Source: Chloroflexota bacterium (lineage in GTDB: Bacteria; Chloroflexota; Anaerolineae; J102). From it: a stretch of DNA of 64,000 nt. The translations under genes were made by a program, and so were the position numbers. Shown here one piece after another: positions 28,537 through 37,918 of this stretch. The notes beneath the pieces were generated by a model, which ran no database searches, was not told where the DNA came from, and saw only the letters and a program-made list of their open reading frames with translations. The number at the start of each line of letters is the position of its first letter. The first letter of the stretch is position 1. The stretch covers positions 2,545 through 66,544 of the forward strand of contig JAADII010000169.1 of assembly GCA_013151415.1 (NCBI GenBank), read 5' to 3'.

Positions 28537-31500
28537 ATGATAGGTGCCCGAGGACGATATATTTCGTTGATGGTGTTGGTGATGGGCGTATTGTTCATGT
28601 TGTTGGCGCCGGCCCTTGCCACGCCGGCCTACGCCCAAGGCGGTCCTCCGGTGGTGTTCACCGGTAATGTCCCTATGGATTTTCCCGCGGGTTCGGCCTT
28701 TCTATACGATCCGGGCCTCTCGCCTCCCGCCAATCCTCCCGAATGGGATGTTTCCATGCCCAACACCTGGCCTCTGGAGCAACAAGTGAGCGGTTGGGAC
28801 ATGGAGTATCTCGCCTTCTTTTATGATGGCCCTTCTGATGTCATGTATGTGGGAATTCAGTACTTCGATGCAGGCACGGTGTTCGAGTTTTTGGGCGGCG
28901 CGGTGACTCATACATTGATTTCCGATGTCATCGCCGGCGATGCAGACCATGATGGGGATCCGGGAGGCGCAAGCACCTATTTGCAGGCGTCGGGCGGCGT
29001 GGATATGCCGGATATTGGCAATGGGGAAGCCATTGTGTTGATCATCGACACCAACCTGGACGGCGCGGGCGACGCGATTGTAGGCGTGCCTCAGACGGGT
29101 GACGTCACCAACTTCCATATCGCGCAATTCAGCCCGCCTGATCCTGCGAATCCACTGGCCGATCCGGCCAATTCGTTTGGCGCGCCCCTCACCGGCTCGA
29201 CGGCCACGCTGTATGCCAACCCCACCATCACCCAACCCGATCTGGAATTCAGCATCAGCAATTTTTCCAATCTGCCCAATCTCAATTTCGACCCCGCGGT
29301 GGATTGCGTTTTCGAGGCCAACTTTCTTGCTTTTAGCGGCAGCATTGTGGATGTAGCGCCGGGCGAAGACTATCTCCCCGTGCCCGAACAGCTTGCCAAC
29401 TTCAGCTTCGACGTGGTGCGACCCGAGGCCGAGGTGACGAAAAGCCTGGTCAACACGACGCCTATCGAGAACGGCGATACGGTTACTTATGAAATCGTCA
29501 TCAACAATCCGGGCTGCTCCACCATGAGCGCGATTCCGCTCACCGACACCTTCGATGCAAACATTTTGCAATACGCAAACGCGACCGTCGCCCCCGATCT
29601 TGTAGACAACCTGAACGGATTGCTGGTCTGGAACGATGTCACCACGACATTGGGCGATGTGCTCACAGGGAACGCAATCACCATCACCGTCGAATTCACG
29701 GCCACACAAGCCACGCCCGTGGGCTCGCCTACGGTCAACCAGGCCAGCGTGGCCGGCGCCACCGACACCAACGGTTATGAAGCGCCCGCCTCTTCCTCGA
29801 GCACAGGTGTGGATGTATATGAGGCCGGCCTGAGTCTGGTGAAGACGGCCGGGACAGTGGGCGATGGGGAAATCTGGTATGTGGACGCCAGCACCGCGCC
29901 CACTAATGTGACTTTCACCTATGTTCTAACCAACACCGGCAACACCTATCTCACCGATCTCACCATCACCGATGACCACGGCACGCCGAGCAATTCGGGC
30001 GATGATGTCACCATAACCTCAGTCGAGTGCCCCGCCCTGGCCGGGCCCCTTGCACCGAATGGGTCGGTCACCTGTACGGCCGACATTTCTGTCAGCGGAC
30101 CATTCCCGGTGACCAACACGGCCACGGTTACAGGAACGCCAAGCAACGAGGTCGGCTCGCCTCTCGCCGGCATCACCCCGCCCAGCGCGGGCGACGATGC
30201 CGTGGTGGACGCATTCACGCCCAATCTCGCATTCACCAAGCTGGCCGGTAATGCGCCCGATGGCGGCGTTTACGAGATCACCAGCCCCGAGATCGTCACT
30301 TACACCTACATCATCACCAACACCGGCGATAGCTACCTGAGCAGCATGGTCATCACCGATGACCTGGGCACGCCGACCGACCCTGTCGATGACCTGGTCA
30401 TTGATTCAGGCTCATGCGCCGGTTTGGCTGGGCCGCTCGCGCCCTTGGGCTCCGTAATCTGTACGGCTTTCATCTCGGTGAACGCCGACGTCACCAATGT
30501 GGCCGCGATCTCGGCCAACCCCACCGATAACTTGGGCGCGGACCTGCCCGGCCTGGACGATCAAACCGCGCAGGACGACGCCATTGTCAACCTCATCGCG
30601 CCGGATTTGAGCTTGCAAAAGACGGTCTATCTCGGCGACGACAACGGCGTTTCTTGCCCGGGCGGCGAACTTGTCTTCGCTCCTTCCGGCTACGTGGTCA
30701 CTTATTGCTTCGAAGTCAGCAACATTGGCGACACTTATCTGGATAGCATTGTCATCACCGATACTGCGCTCAGCATCCCCACCTCGACCACACCCATCCT
30801 GCTTTCCGGGACAACCCCGCTCGCGCCCGGCAACACAGCTGTTTATTACATCACCGACACCATCGCCAGCGACCTGATAAACACGGCCCTGGTGAGCGCC
30901 AATCCCACCGATAACCTCGGCGCCGACCTGCCCCAATATCCCGACAATCCCACCGACTCGGACACAGCCGAGGTGCAGGTCGCGCCCGATCCCACCGTTT
31001 CTGTGAGCAAAACCCTCCTCCCTCCCCTGGTGACGCCCATCGCCGTAACCGACACCATCACCTTCGAGGTGGTCATCACCAACACTGGCCAAACCACCCT
31101 GACCACCTGGTCGGTGGTGGATGACGGCTTCACCACCGGCATGAGCCTGGTCGCGGCCACTCCCACACCCGATAGCGCGGGCCCGCCCATTGCATGGAAT
31201 GCATCATTGCCCGCGCTCGCGGCCGGAGATTCCTTCACCATCACAGTGCAGTTTTTGGTTACGGCTTCGGGAACGCATACAAACACGGTCACGGTGAACG
31301 GCCAAGACGAATTCGGTCGATCCATAACCGAGACCGTCGCCTCTTCAACGGTGGACTTTGTCGATCTCGATTACGGCGATGCGCCCGATCCCACCTATCC
31401 CACCCTTTTGGTCAACGACGGCGCCGCGCATGCGTTGGTGAGCAACGGGCCTTTCATGGGCGCGTGCATCGATCCTGAAACCAACGGCCAGCCCTCCGCC

Positions 31501-34500
31501 AACGCGGACGGCGACGATGTGAACGACACCGCCATAGGGTGCGCCGATGACGAAAATGGCGTCACGCTGCCCACGCAGCTGCTCCCCGGCGACAACCAGG
31601 CGCAGGTGACGGTCGATCTGAGCAATTCACCGCAGGCGTGTTTGCTCAACGCCTGGGTCGATTTCAACGGCGACGGCGTTTGGAGCGCGGGAGAGCAAAT
31701 CTTCACCGACGAACCACTCTCGTTGGGCGTGAACAATCTCACCTTTGCGGTTCCCGGCGACGCGGCGAGCGGAACCACCTACGCCCGCTTCCGATGCAGC
31801 ACTCAAAGCGCGCTGGGCGTCACCGGTCGGGCGAATGATGGCGAGGTGGAAGATTACGCGGTGGAGATAGCCGCCGGCGTAGACTATGGCGACGCTCCCG
31901 ATCAACCGCCCGTGCTCAATTATCCCACTCAGCTCAGCAGCAATGGCGCCGGTCACACCCAGGTCGCGAACGGGCCCTTCATGGGCGCGTGCGTCGACGC
32001 GGAGCCGGATGGCCAGGCGGGATTGAACGCGGATGGCGACGATGCCAACAACACCATCCCCGGTTGCTCCAATGATGAAGATGGCGTCACGCTGCCCACG
32101 CAGCTGCTCCCCGGCGACAACCAGGCGCAGGTGACGGTCGATCTGAGCAATTCGCCGCAGGCGTGTTTGCTCAACGCCTGGATCGATTTCGACGGCAGCG
32201 GCTCGTGGGAGAACGACGAACAGATATTCGTTGATCAGACCCTTTCCGTGGGCGTCAATAATCTCACCTTTGCGGTTCCCGGCGATGCGGCGAGCGGAAC
32301 CACCTACGCCCGCTTCCGATGCAGCACTCAGAGCGGCTTGGCCGTGGACGGCATCGCGCCCGATGGCGAGGTGGAGGATTATGTGGTGGAGATCGCCCAA
32401 CCCGTGGACTATGGCGACGCGCCGTCGAGCTATCCCACCCTTCTCGCCAATAACGGCGCGCGGCATACGCAGACGGCGAACAGCCCCTTCATGGGCGCGT
32501 GCGTCGACGCGGAGCCGGACGGTCAACCGAACGCTCTCGCGGATGGCGACAACGCCAATGACACCATCGTCGGCTGCACCAACGATGAAGATGGCGTCAC
32601 GCTGCCCACGCAGCTGCTCCCCGGCGACAACCAGACGCAGGTGACGGTCGATCTGAGCAATTCGCCACAGACGTGTTTGCTCAACGCCTGGGTCGATTTC
32701 AACAGCGATGGCGTTTGGGGCGCGGGAGAGCAAATCTTCACCGACGAACCGCTTTCGGTGGGCGTGAACAATCTCACCTTTGCGGTTCCCGGCGACGCGG
32801 TGGGCGGCGCCACCTACGCCCGCTTCCGATGCAGCACCCAAAGCGCTCTTGGCCCAGATGGGCCGGCTTCGGATGGCGAGGTCGAGGACTATCTTGTGGA
32901 AATCGCCACGCCCGTAGACTATGGCGACGCGCCGGATACAGGACAGGGATACAACTATGCCACGTTGCTCAGCAACGGCGGCGCCGCCCATTTGCTGGTG
33001 AACAACAACCCCTTCATGGGCGCATGCGTGGATGCCGAGCCGGACGGTCAGCCCAGTGTTGGCGCCACCGATGATGACAATGCGAACACGATTTCCGGTT
33101 GCACCGACGATGAAGACGGCGTCACGTTGCCCTCATCGCTCATCCCCGGCCAATTATTGACTCCGGTCACGATTGATTTGAGCAATTCGCCGCAGACATG
33201 TTTGCTCAACGCCTGGATCGATTTCAACCGCAACACGCGCTGGGATGCAGACGAACAGATATTCAGCGACCAGGCGCTCAGCGTGGGCGTGAACAACCTC
33301 ACCTTCGCCGTGCCCGCTGACGCGGCAGCCGGAACGACCTACGCCCGCTTCCGGTGCAGCACGTCGGGCGGCATTGGCCCTGATTCTCTGGCCGCGGATG
33401 GCGAAGTGGAAGATTACGCCGTCGTGATCGAGCCGACGGGAAGCATTGGCGACTATGTCTGGTACGACGCCAATAGCAATGGCGTGCAAGATGTGAGCGA
33501 ATCCGGCATCGCCAATGTGAGAGTGCGGCTCTATGCTGATGATGGAGATGGGAATTTCGAGCCGGGCGGAGATGACGCTTTGCTCGATGAAACCTACACC
33601 GACGCGGATGGCGGTTACCTTTTCCGCTATCTCGTTGCCGGCGATTACTTCGTGCATGTGGATGAGACTTCGCCTGCGCTGAGCGGCCTCTCCTTTGTTT
33701 CGGGACCGCAAAGCCCAGGCAACCCGCACCCGCTCATTTCCTTGGGCTCGGGGCAAGACTATCGCGACGCCGACTTTGGTTATGTTGCGGAGCCCCTGCC
33801 GGGCAATGCAATGGTCGGCGACACCGTTTTCTATGATGGGAATGGCAACGGTCTGCAAGACGCGGGCGAGCCGGGCATTGCGGGCGTCACGGTCGTTGTG
33901 CAAGATAGCGGCGCCAACCCCATCGGCTCGGCGGTCACCGATGACAACGGCCATTATCTCATCGAGGTTCCGGCCGGATCGGGATATTCGGTCGCGCCCG
34001 TGAATCCATCGGGGTTGACCCCCACCACGCCCCAGCCGATCTTATTGCCCACCTTAAACGACGGCGACCAATATCTCGATGCGGATTTCGGCTTCGATAG
34101 CCCCGACCTGGGCCAAATCGATGGCGTGGTGTTCGACGACAAAGACAACGACGGCGTCTATAGCCCCATCACCGACACGATCATTCCCGGCGTCAGCGTG
34201 CAACTGATTCGCGATGACGACGGCGATGGCGTGTGGGATGCCGGAGAACCGGTCCTTGCCTCTGTATTAACGAATGGCTCGGTCGATGGAAACAACAACA
34301 CCTACAGTTTCAGCGGTCTGCCGGCCGATGACTATCTGGTGCGCGTTTCGGATACGCACAATGTATTGAGCAGTTATGTCGTGGGCGTGTTGGGCGCGCC
34401 CGACACCGACCATAACAGCCAGGCCCAACCCTATTCCGTGGCTCTACCTGTGGCCGGCATCGCGCTTACAGCGGATTTCGGATACTTCCAGGCGGGCGGA

Positions 34501-35499
34501 GGCGTTGCCGGCGATGCAACGGGCGTCATCGGCAATCAGGTGTGGCATGATGTGAACGGCAACGGTCTCTACGAGCCGGGCAACGGCGAAAGCGGCATTG
34601 CCGGCGTCACAGTCGAGTTGCGCGTGGGCGCGTCGGTGGTCGCGACGACCACGACCGGCGCCTCGGGCGGGTACGTATTTACGAACCTGGCGGCCAATAC
34701 ATACAACGTGCGCGTGACCGATGACGCGGGCGTGCTGACGGGCTATCTGGTTTCGCTACTCGGCCCCAACCCCGGCCAGGATAACAACAACCAAAGCCAG
34801 CCTTACACCATCACTTTGGCGTCTGGGGCGTTCAACTTCACGGCCGATTTCGCCTACGCGCGACCGGTCACCATCACCGGCTTCACCTACTTCGATGTCA
34901 ACGGAGATGGCGCCCGCCAGGGCGGCGAACCGGGCGTCAGCGGCATTCCCATTACACTGACCAATGTTTCCACCGGTCAGGTCGTGAGCACCACGCTTTC
35001 ATACAATGGGCCTTACACATTCGCGAACCAACCTCCCGGAACCTATCGTCTTGACGCGCCTTCCACAGCGCCGGGCCTGTTGCGCACATCGTTATCGCCA
35101 TTGCAGATCACGGTCCTAAGCGGCGGGATCAGCCCAGACAACGACTTCGGATACATTGCGCCCACCAATGTCACATTGGTCGATTTTACAGCCTTGGCCG
35201 GAACAGAGGGCAATGTATTGCGCTGGCAGACCTCCTACGAGAACGAGGTGCAAGGCTTTGTGGTCTTCCGTTCACCCACGCCCAATGATGGTTTTCAGGC
35301 CATATCCGAGCTCATTTCTGCAAGTGGAAATCCGGCTGGTTCCACATATGAATGGGTGGATACGACCGCGAAGCCCGGCGTAAACTATTGGTATAAGCTG
35401 CAAAGTTGGCCCGACGGCGAGTTCTTCGGTCCTGTGCCTTTGCGCGACGACCCCGGCGAAGCCGCTCCCCAGTTATACCTGCCCTTTGTCACGCGGTAG
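28537..35499 (+). CDS. Giant (2320 aa) secreted surface/adhesin-like protein: signal peptide, DUF11-type repeats, 5 GEVED-like modules, SdrD-B/Cna-B-like repeats
   Basis: AAGGAG RBS and a signal peptide (MLLAPALATPAYAQG). It has repeated DUF11-like segments and 5 modules of the form DYGDAPD..YPT..GA.H...FMGACVD.E.DGQ...GDD.N...GC.DDEDGVTLP..LNAW.DF..DG.W...EQIF.D..LSVGVNNLTFAVP.DA..G.TYARFRCST...DGEVEDY. Beyond these lie DYVWYDANSNGVQD-type SdrD-B-like repeats. Confidence 0.8.
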   Translation: MIGARGRYISLMVLVMGVLFMLLAPALATPAYAQGGPPVVFTGNVPMDFPAGSAFLYDPGLSPPANPPEWDVSMPNTWPLEQQVSGWDMEYLAFFYDGPSDVMYVGIQYFDAGTVFEFLGGAVTHTLISDVIAGDADHDGDPGGASTYLQASGGVDMPDIGNGEAIVLIIDTNLDGAGDAIVGVPQTGDVTNFHIAQFSPPDPANPLADPANSFGAPLTGSTATLYANPTITQPDLEFSISNFSNLPNLNFDPAVDCVFEANFLAFSGSIVDVAPGEDYLPVPEQLANFSFDVVRPEAEVTKSLVNTTPIENGDTVTYEIVINNPGCSTMSAIPLTDTFDANILQYANATVAPDLVDNLNGLLVWNDVTTTLGDVLTGNAITITVEFTATQATPVGSPTVNQASVAGATDTNGYEAPASSSSTGVDVYEAGLSLVKTAGTVGDGEIWYVDASTAPTNVTFTYVLTNTGNTYLTDLTITDDHGTPSNSGDDVTITSVECPALAGPLAPNGSVTCTADISVSGPFPVTNTATVTGTPSNEVGSPLAGITPPSAGDDAVVDAFTPNLAFTKLAGNAPDGGVYEITSPEIVTYTYIITNTGDSYLSSMVITDDLGTPTDPVDDLVIDSGSCAGLAGPLAPLGSVICTAFISVNADVTNVAAISANPTDNLGADLPGLDDQTAQDDAIVNLIAPDLSLQKTVYLGDDNGVSCPGGELVFAPSGYVVTYCFEVSNIGDTYLDSIVITDTALSIPTSTTPILLSGTTPLAPGNTAVYYITDTIASDLINTALVSANPTDNLGADLPQYPDNPTDSDTAEVQVAPDPTVSVSKTLLPPLVTPIAVTDTITFEVVITNTGQTTLTTWSVVDDGFTTGMSLVAATPTPDSAGPPIAWNASLPALAAGDSFTITVQFLVTASGTHTNTVTVNGQDEFGRSITETVASSTVDFVDLDYGDAPDPTYPTLLVNDGAAHALVSNGPFMGACIDPETNGQPSANADGDDVNDTAIGCADDENGVTLPTQLLPGDNQAQVTVDLSNSPQACLLNAWVDFNGDGVWSAGEQIFTDEPLSLGVNNLTFAVPGDAASGTTYARFRCSTQSALGVTGRANDGEVEDYAVEIAAGVDYGDAPDQPPVLNYPTQLSSNGAGHTQVANGPFMGACVDAEPDGQAGLNADGDDANNTIPGCSNDEDGVTLPTQLLPGDNQAQVTVDLSNSPQACLLNAWIDFDGSGSWENDEQIFVDQTLSVGVNNLTFAVPGDAASGTTYARFRCSTQSGLAVDGIAPDGEVEDYVVEIAQPVDYGDAPSSYPTLLANNGARHTQTANSPFMGACVDAEPDGQPNALADGDNANDTIVGCTNDEDGVTLPTQLLPGDNQTQVTVDLSNSPQTCLLNAWVDFNSDGVWGAGEQIFTDEPLSVGVNNLTFAVPGDAVGGATYARFRCSTQSALGPDGPASDGEVEDYLVEIATPVDYGDAPDTGQGYNYATLLSNGGAAHLLVNNNPFMGACVDAEPDGQPSVGATDDDNANTISGCTDDEDGVTLPSSLIPGQLLTPVTIDLSNSPQTCLLNAWIDFNRNTRWDADEQIFSDQALSVGVNNLTFAVPADAAAGTTYARFRCSTSGGIGPDSLAADGEVEDYAVVIEPTGSIGDYVWYDANSNGVQDVSESGIANVRVRLYADDGDGNFEPGGDDALLDETYTDADGGYLFRYLVAGDYFVHVDETSPALSGLSFVSGPQSPGNPHPLISLGSGQDYRDADFGYVAEPLPGNAMVGDTVFYDGNGNGLQDAGEPGIAGVTVVVQDSGANPIGSAVTDDNGHYLIEVPAGSGYSVAPVNPSGLTPTTPQPILLPTLNDGDQYLDADFGFDSPDLGQIDGVVFDDKDNDGVYSPITDTIIPGVSVQLIRDDDGDGVWDAGEPVLASVLTNGSVDGNNNTYSFSGLPADDYLVRVSDTHNVLSSYVVGVLGAPDTDHNSQAQPYSVALPVAGIALTADFGYFQAGGGVAGDATGVIGNQVWHDVNGNGLYEPGNGESGIAGVTVELRVGASVVATTTTGASGGYVFTNLAANTYNVRVTDDAGVLTGYLVSLLGPNPGQDNNNQSQPYTITLASGAFNFTADFAYARPVTITGFTYFDVNGDGARQGGEPGVSGIPITLTNVSTGQVVSTTLSYNGPYTFANQPPGTYRLDAPSTAPGLLRTSLSPLQITVLSGGISPDNDFGYIAPTNVTLVDFTALAGTEGNVLRWQTSYENEVQGFVVFRSPTPNDGFQAISELISASGNPAGSTYEWVDTTAKPGVNYWYKLQSWPDGEFFGPVPLRDDPGEAAPQLYLPFVTR
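31365..33415 (+). repeat. Four tandem 506-528-bp coding repeats (GEVED modules) with near-identical 100-bp cores
   Basis: DYGDAP-encoding starts at 31373, 31879, 32407 and 32917. The core ggcgtcacgctgcccacgcagctgctccccggcgacaaccag(g/a)cgcaggtgacggtcgatctgagcaattc... is almost identical at 31559, 32083 and 32590. Confidence 0.8.
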
Positions 35500-35525
35500 C
35501 CGCGCAGCACCCCCTGACCATGCGA

Positions 35526-35562
35526 CGAGAGGACGATGCATTCTTCATCGTCCTCTCGTCTT
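35526..35562. terminator. Perfect 15-bp inverted repeat GACGAGAGGACGATG-cattctt-CATCGTCCTCTCGTC between convergent genes
   Basis: Read directly. It sits 27 nt after the giant gene stop and 9 nt before the convergent coxG-like gene stop, and contains the REP core GGACGATG. Confidence 0.55.
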
Positions 35563-35570
35563 TCATGGCC

Positions 35571-36218
35571 TTAATCGCGACAGAGCAGCGAACGTAGAAT
35601 CCATAGGAAGGCCAAAACAACCGCGGCCACGACCCCCGCGCGAACATAGGGATCGTATTCTTCGGGAACATACTCGCGATACATGTCGCGGGCCACGCCT
35701 AGGGCCAGGTCCATTTCGGTGGGGGGGGTGAAATCGGGCGGGGCGGGCGCTTCGCTCTCGGCCGCCTCGACCGGATGCAAACGATGTTGTATGAGTTTAT
35801 CGAGACTTTCAAGGCTTTGCCGAGTGAGCGAACGGGCCGTTGTATCGAGCATGCGCTGTCCCACGCCGGCAATGCGGCCGCCCACCTGCGCCTCGCCACT
35901 GTAGGTGAGCACGGTCGCGCCATCCTTTTCTTCCAGACGAGCTTCGCCCTGACCGCGCACAAAGCCCGCCGCGCCGCGACCATCCAACACCATGTGAAAA
36001 CTCTCCGGCTCGTTCAATTCAGACAACGTAACTTTGCCCATGAACCGGCCCTGCACCGGCCCAACGCGCACATTGAGCGCGCCCTTAAACTCATTTTCGG
36101 CCACCCTCTCCAAACTTTCGCAGCCTGGCAGTATCTGGGAAAGCGCATCGGGGTCCATGATCGCGTCCCACACAGCCTGTCGTGGCGCCTGAAAAGTGTA
36201 GGTTCCGGAAATTTCCAT
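35571..36218 (-). CDS. SRPBCC/CoxG-like (carbon monoxide dehydrogenase subunit G family) protein with C-terminal TM segment
   Basis: Start at MEISGTYTF with an AAGGAGG RBS. CoxG-like sequence (YTFQAPRQAVWDAIMDPDAL...). Confidence 0.65.
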   Translation of the reverse strand: MEISGTYTFQAPRQAVWDAIMDPDALSQILPGCESLERVAENEFKGALNVRVGPVQGRFMGKVTLSELNEPESFHMVLDGRGAAGFVRGQGEARLEEKDGATVLTYSGEAQVGGRIAGVGQRMLDTTARSLTRQSLESLDKLIQHRLHPVEAAESEAPAPPDFTPPTEMDLALGVARDMYREYVPEEYDPYVRAGVVAAVVLAFLWILRSLLCRD

Positions 36219-36283
36219 GAATCCGCCTCCTTGGGGATATTGGGGGGATGGATGACGAAACTTGAACAAATGTAAGTCTGGAT

Positions 36284-37108
36284 TCAATTCTTGATCTTGG
36301 TCAGCAGTGCATCGGTTAGCCAGGGAGCAAAGCGGTTAAGTCGCCATGCCAAACGACCAAAGGGACTAAGCACCACCAAACGAGGCCGCTCGTAGGCGGC
36401 TCGTAAAATCGCTTCGGCCACTTGCTCGGTGGTTTGCGTTCCGGGCGCGCGCTGGCGACGACGCGAACGATGTAAGCCACCCTCGCGCAATATGCCCTTT
36501 TCGGCCAGTTTGGCGCCACTGGTGAAATAAGGGCAAACCGTAACCACGCCAATGCCATATGGCTTCAATTCCACATACAATGTCTGACCCAGGCTAATGA
36601 GAGCGGCTTTGGATGCGCTGTACGCGCCGCTGGTGGGAAGGCCAAAAAAACCCGCCACTGAAGCGATATTTACGATCGCGCCTCGACTTTGCTTGAGATG
36701 CGGCAGCGCGGCCCGCGTGCAATAGACCACGCCAAAATAGTTGACCGCGAACTGCCGCTCCATATCTCCGGGTTGCAAGTGCTCAAACTTGCCCGAAACC
36801 AACATGCCCGCGTTGTTGATCAACACATCCAAACTCCCAAATTCTGCGATCGTTTGCTCAACCATACGCTGGCATTGTTGGGGATCGCTCACATCCACGG
36901 TGAGGGGCGACGCCGCCTTCGGGCCGCCCAAGCGCCTGGCCAATGTCTCCAGCGCCTCGGTGGAGCGGGCCGCCAAAGCCACGCGCGCGCCGGCCTCGCG
37001 AAAAGCTATGGCAGTGGCCCTGCCAATGCCTGTGGAAGCCCCTGTGATAAGAACGACTTTATCTGTGAAATCAGGCCTTTGTCGTCCGGCCGCCCGAAAG
37101 CGAATCAT
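36284..37108 (-). CDS. SDR-family short-chain dehydrogenase/reductase
   Basis: VVLITGASTGIGRATA (TGxxxGxG) and the YSASK catalytic motif. Confidence 0.8.
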   Translation of the reverse strand: MIRFRAAGRQRPDFTDKVVLITGASTGIGRATAIAFREAGARVALAARSTEALETLARRLGGPKAASPLTVDVSDPQQCQRMVEQTIAEFGSLDVLINNAGMLVSGKFEHLQPGDMERQFAVNYFGVVYCTRAALPHLKQSRGAIVNIASVAGFFGLPTSGAYSASKAALISLGQTLYVELKPYGIGVVTVCPYFTSGAKLAEKGILREGGLHRSRRRQRAPGTQTTEQVAEAILRAAYERPRLVVLSPFGRLAWRLNRFAPWLTDALLTKIKN

Positions 37109-37172
37109 GATTGCGGTCTGTGGGCCAGCGAGCCGACAACACGCGGCGCGGGCTCATGAGTCCTTATCCGCG

Positions 37173-37490
37173 TCAATGAATGAGAGAGGGATCAAACCCC
37201 ATCACAGGACGATCGGGCAAATCAGGACGTTGCGTCTTGATTTCGCCAAAACGCTTTTCATATTTTGCCAGGTTCTGACCCAACGCCTGCAGCAGCAACT
37301 TGGCATGATAAGGCGTGAGCACCAATCTCGTATGGACGCGCGTTTTGGGCGCGCCGGGCGCAACGTGAGCGAAATCGATGAGGATTTCATTGTAGCCGTG
37401 ATTGACAATGGCAAAATTGGTGTAGGCTGGCGTCAGATCGGCGGGAATTTCTATCTGAAGTTGGTTGGGCTTCTGAGGTTTGGATGTCAT
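37173..37490 (-). CDS. DUF3467-like small protein (assigned from memory)
   Basis: 105 aa, QIEIPADLTPAYTNFAIVNHGYNEILIDFAHV... Confidence 0.5.
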   Translation of the reverse strand: MTSKPQKPNQLQIEIPADLTPAYTNFAIVNHGYNEILIDFAHVAPGAPKTRVHTRLVLTPYHAKLLLQALGQNLAKYEKRFGEIKTQRPDLPDRPVMGFDPSLIH

Positions 37491-37599
37491 GAGGGGGCTC
37501 CTGAGAACGTCGTTGGATGCCCTCCATTGTGCCTTGACGCGGCGCGGATGTCAAGCGCTCAGCAAGCCTTGGGCCGGTGGGGCGCGTTGCGCGAAACGC

Positions 37600-37870
37600 C
37601 CATATATGCTAAGATGAAGCTGCCAGACGCCATCATTGTCTTTCATTTCACACATTATCTCTTTCATTTTTTATTGTTCCCGAAAGCGTGCAAGCGTAAC
37701 GCATCCTGTCGCCCCTCCACCACTCACGTTTCATTGGTTTTTTCGCTTATGCTCTTCAATTATTAATCTTCATCCTGCTTGAGACGCTTTCATTTTCATC
37801 TCTTTATTTCTTTATCTTTCATTCCTTCGTCATTTGGGCTCTCTCTATCTTTGGGTCTGGCATCATCGAG
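37600..37870. promoter_or_regulatory. AT-rich divergent intergenic region with about 6 copies of a (C)TTTCATT motif
   Basis: gtctttcatttcac, ctctttcatttttt, acgtttcattgg, cgctttcattttcatc, tctttcattcc, cgtcatttgg. GC here is far below the window average. Confidence 0.4.
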
Positions 37871-37875
37871 AGGGC

Positions 37876-37898
37876 TTGACAAGTGAATAGTCATTCAC
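37876..37898 (+). promoter_or_regulatory. TTGACA -35-like hexamer followed by the inverted repeat GTGAAT-agtc-ATTCAC, just upstream of the PIN/TRAM gene RBS
   Basis: Read directly. No convincing -10 at the canonical spacing, so this is a possible operator. Confidence 0.3.
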
Positions 37899-37918
37899 AT
37901 AGGAGGTTGCTTCCTCTC

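Noticed and set aside
31627-32991. 454-aa minus-strand ORF inside the giant surface-protein gene
   Set aside because: Antisense to the GEVED repeat region, and it inherits the repeats. No independent start signals.
31365-33415. Regular tandem repeats considered as a possible CRISPR array
   Set aside because: The period is about 520 bp, not 60-70 bp. The repeats are in frame and encode protein modules, and there are no short palindromic repeat/spacer alternations.
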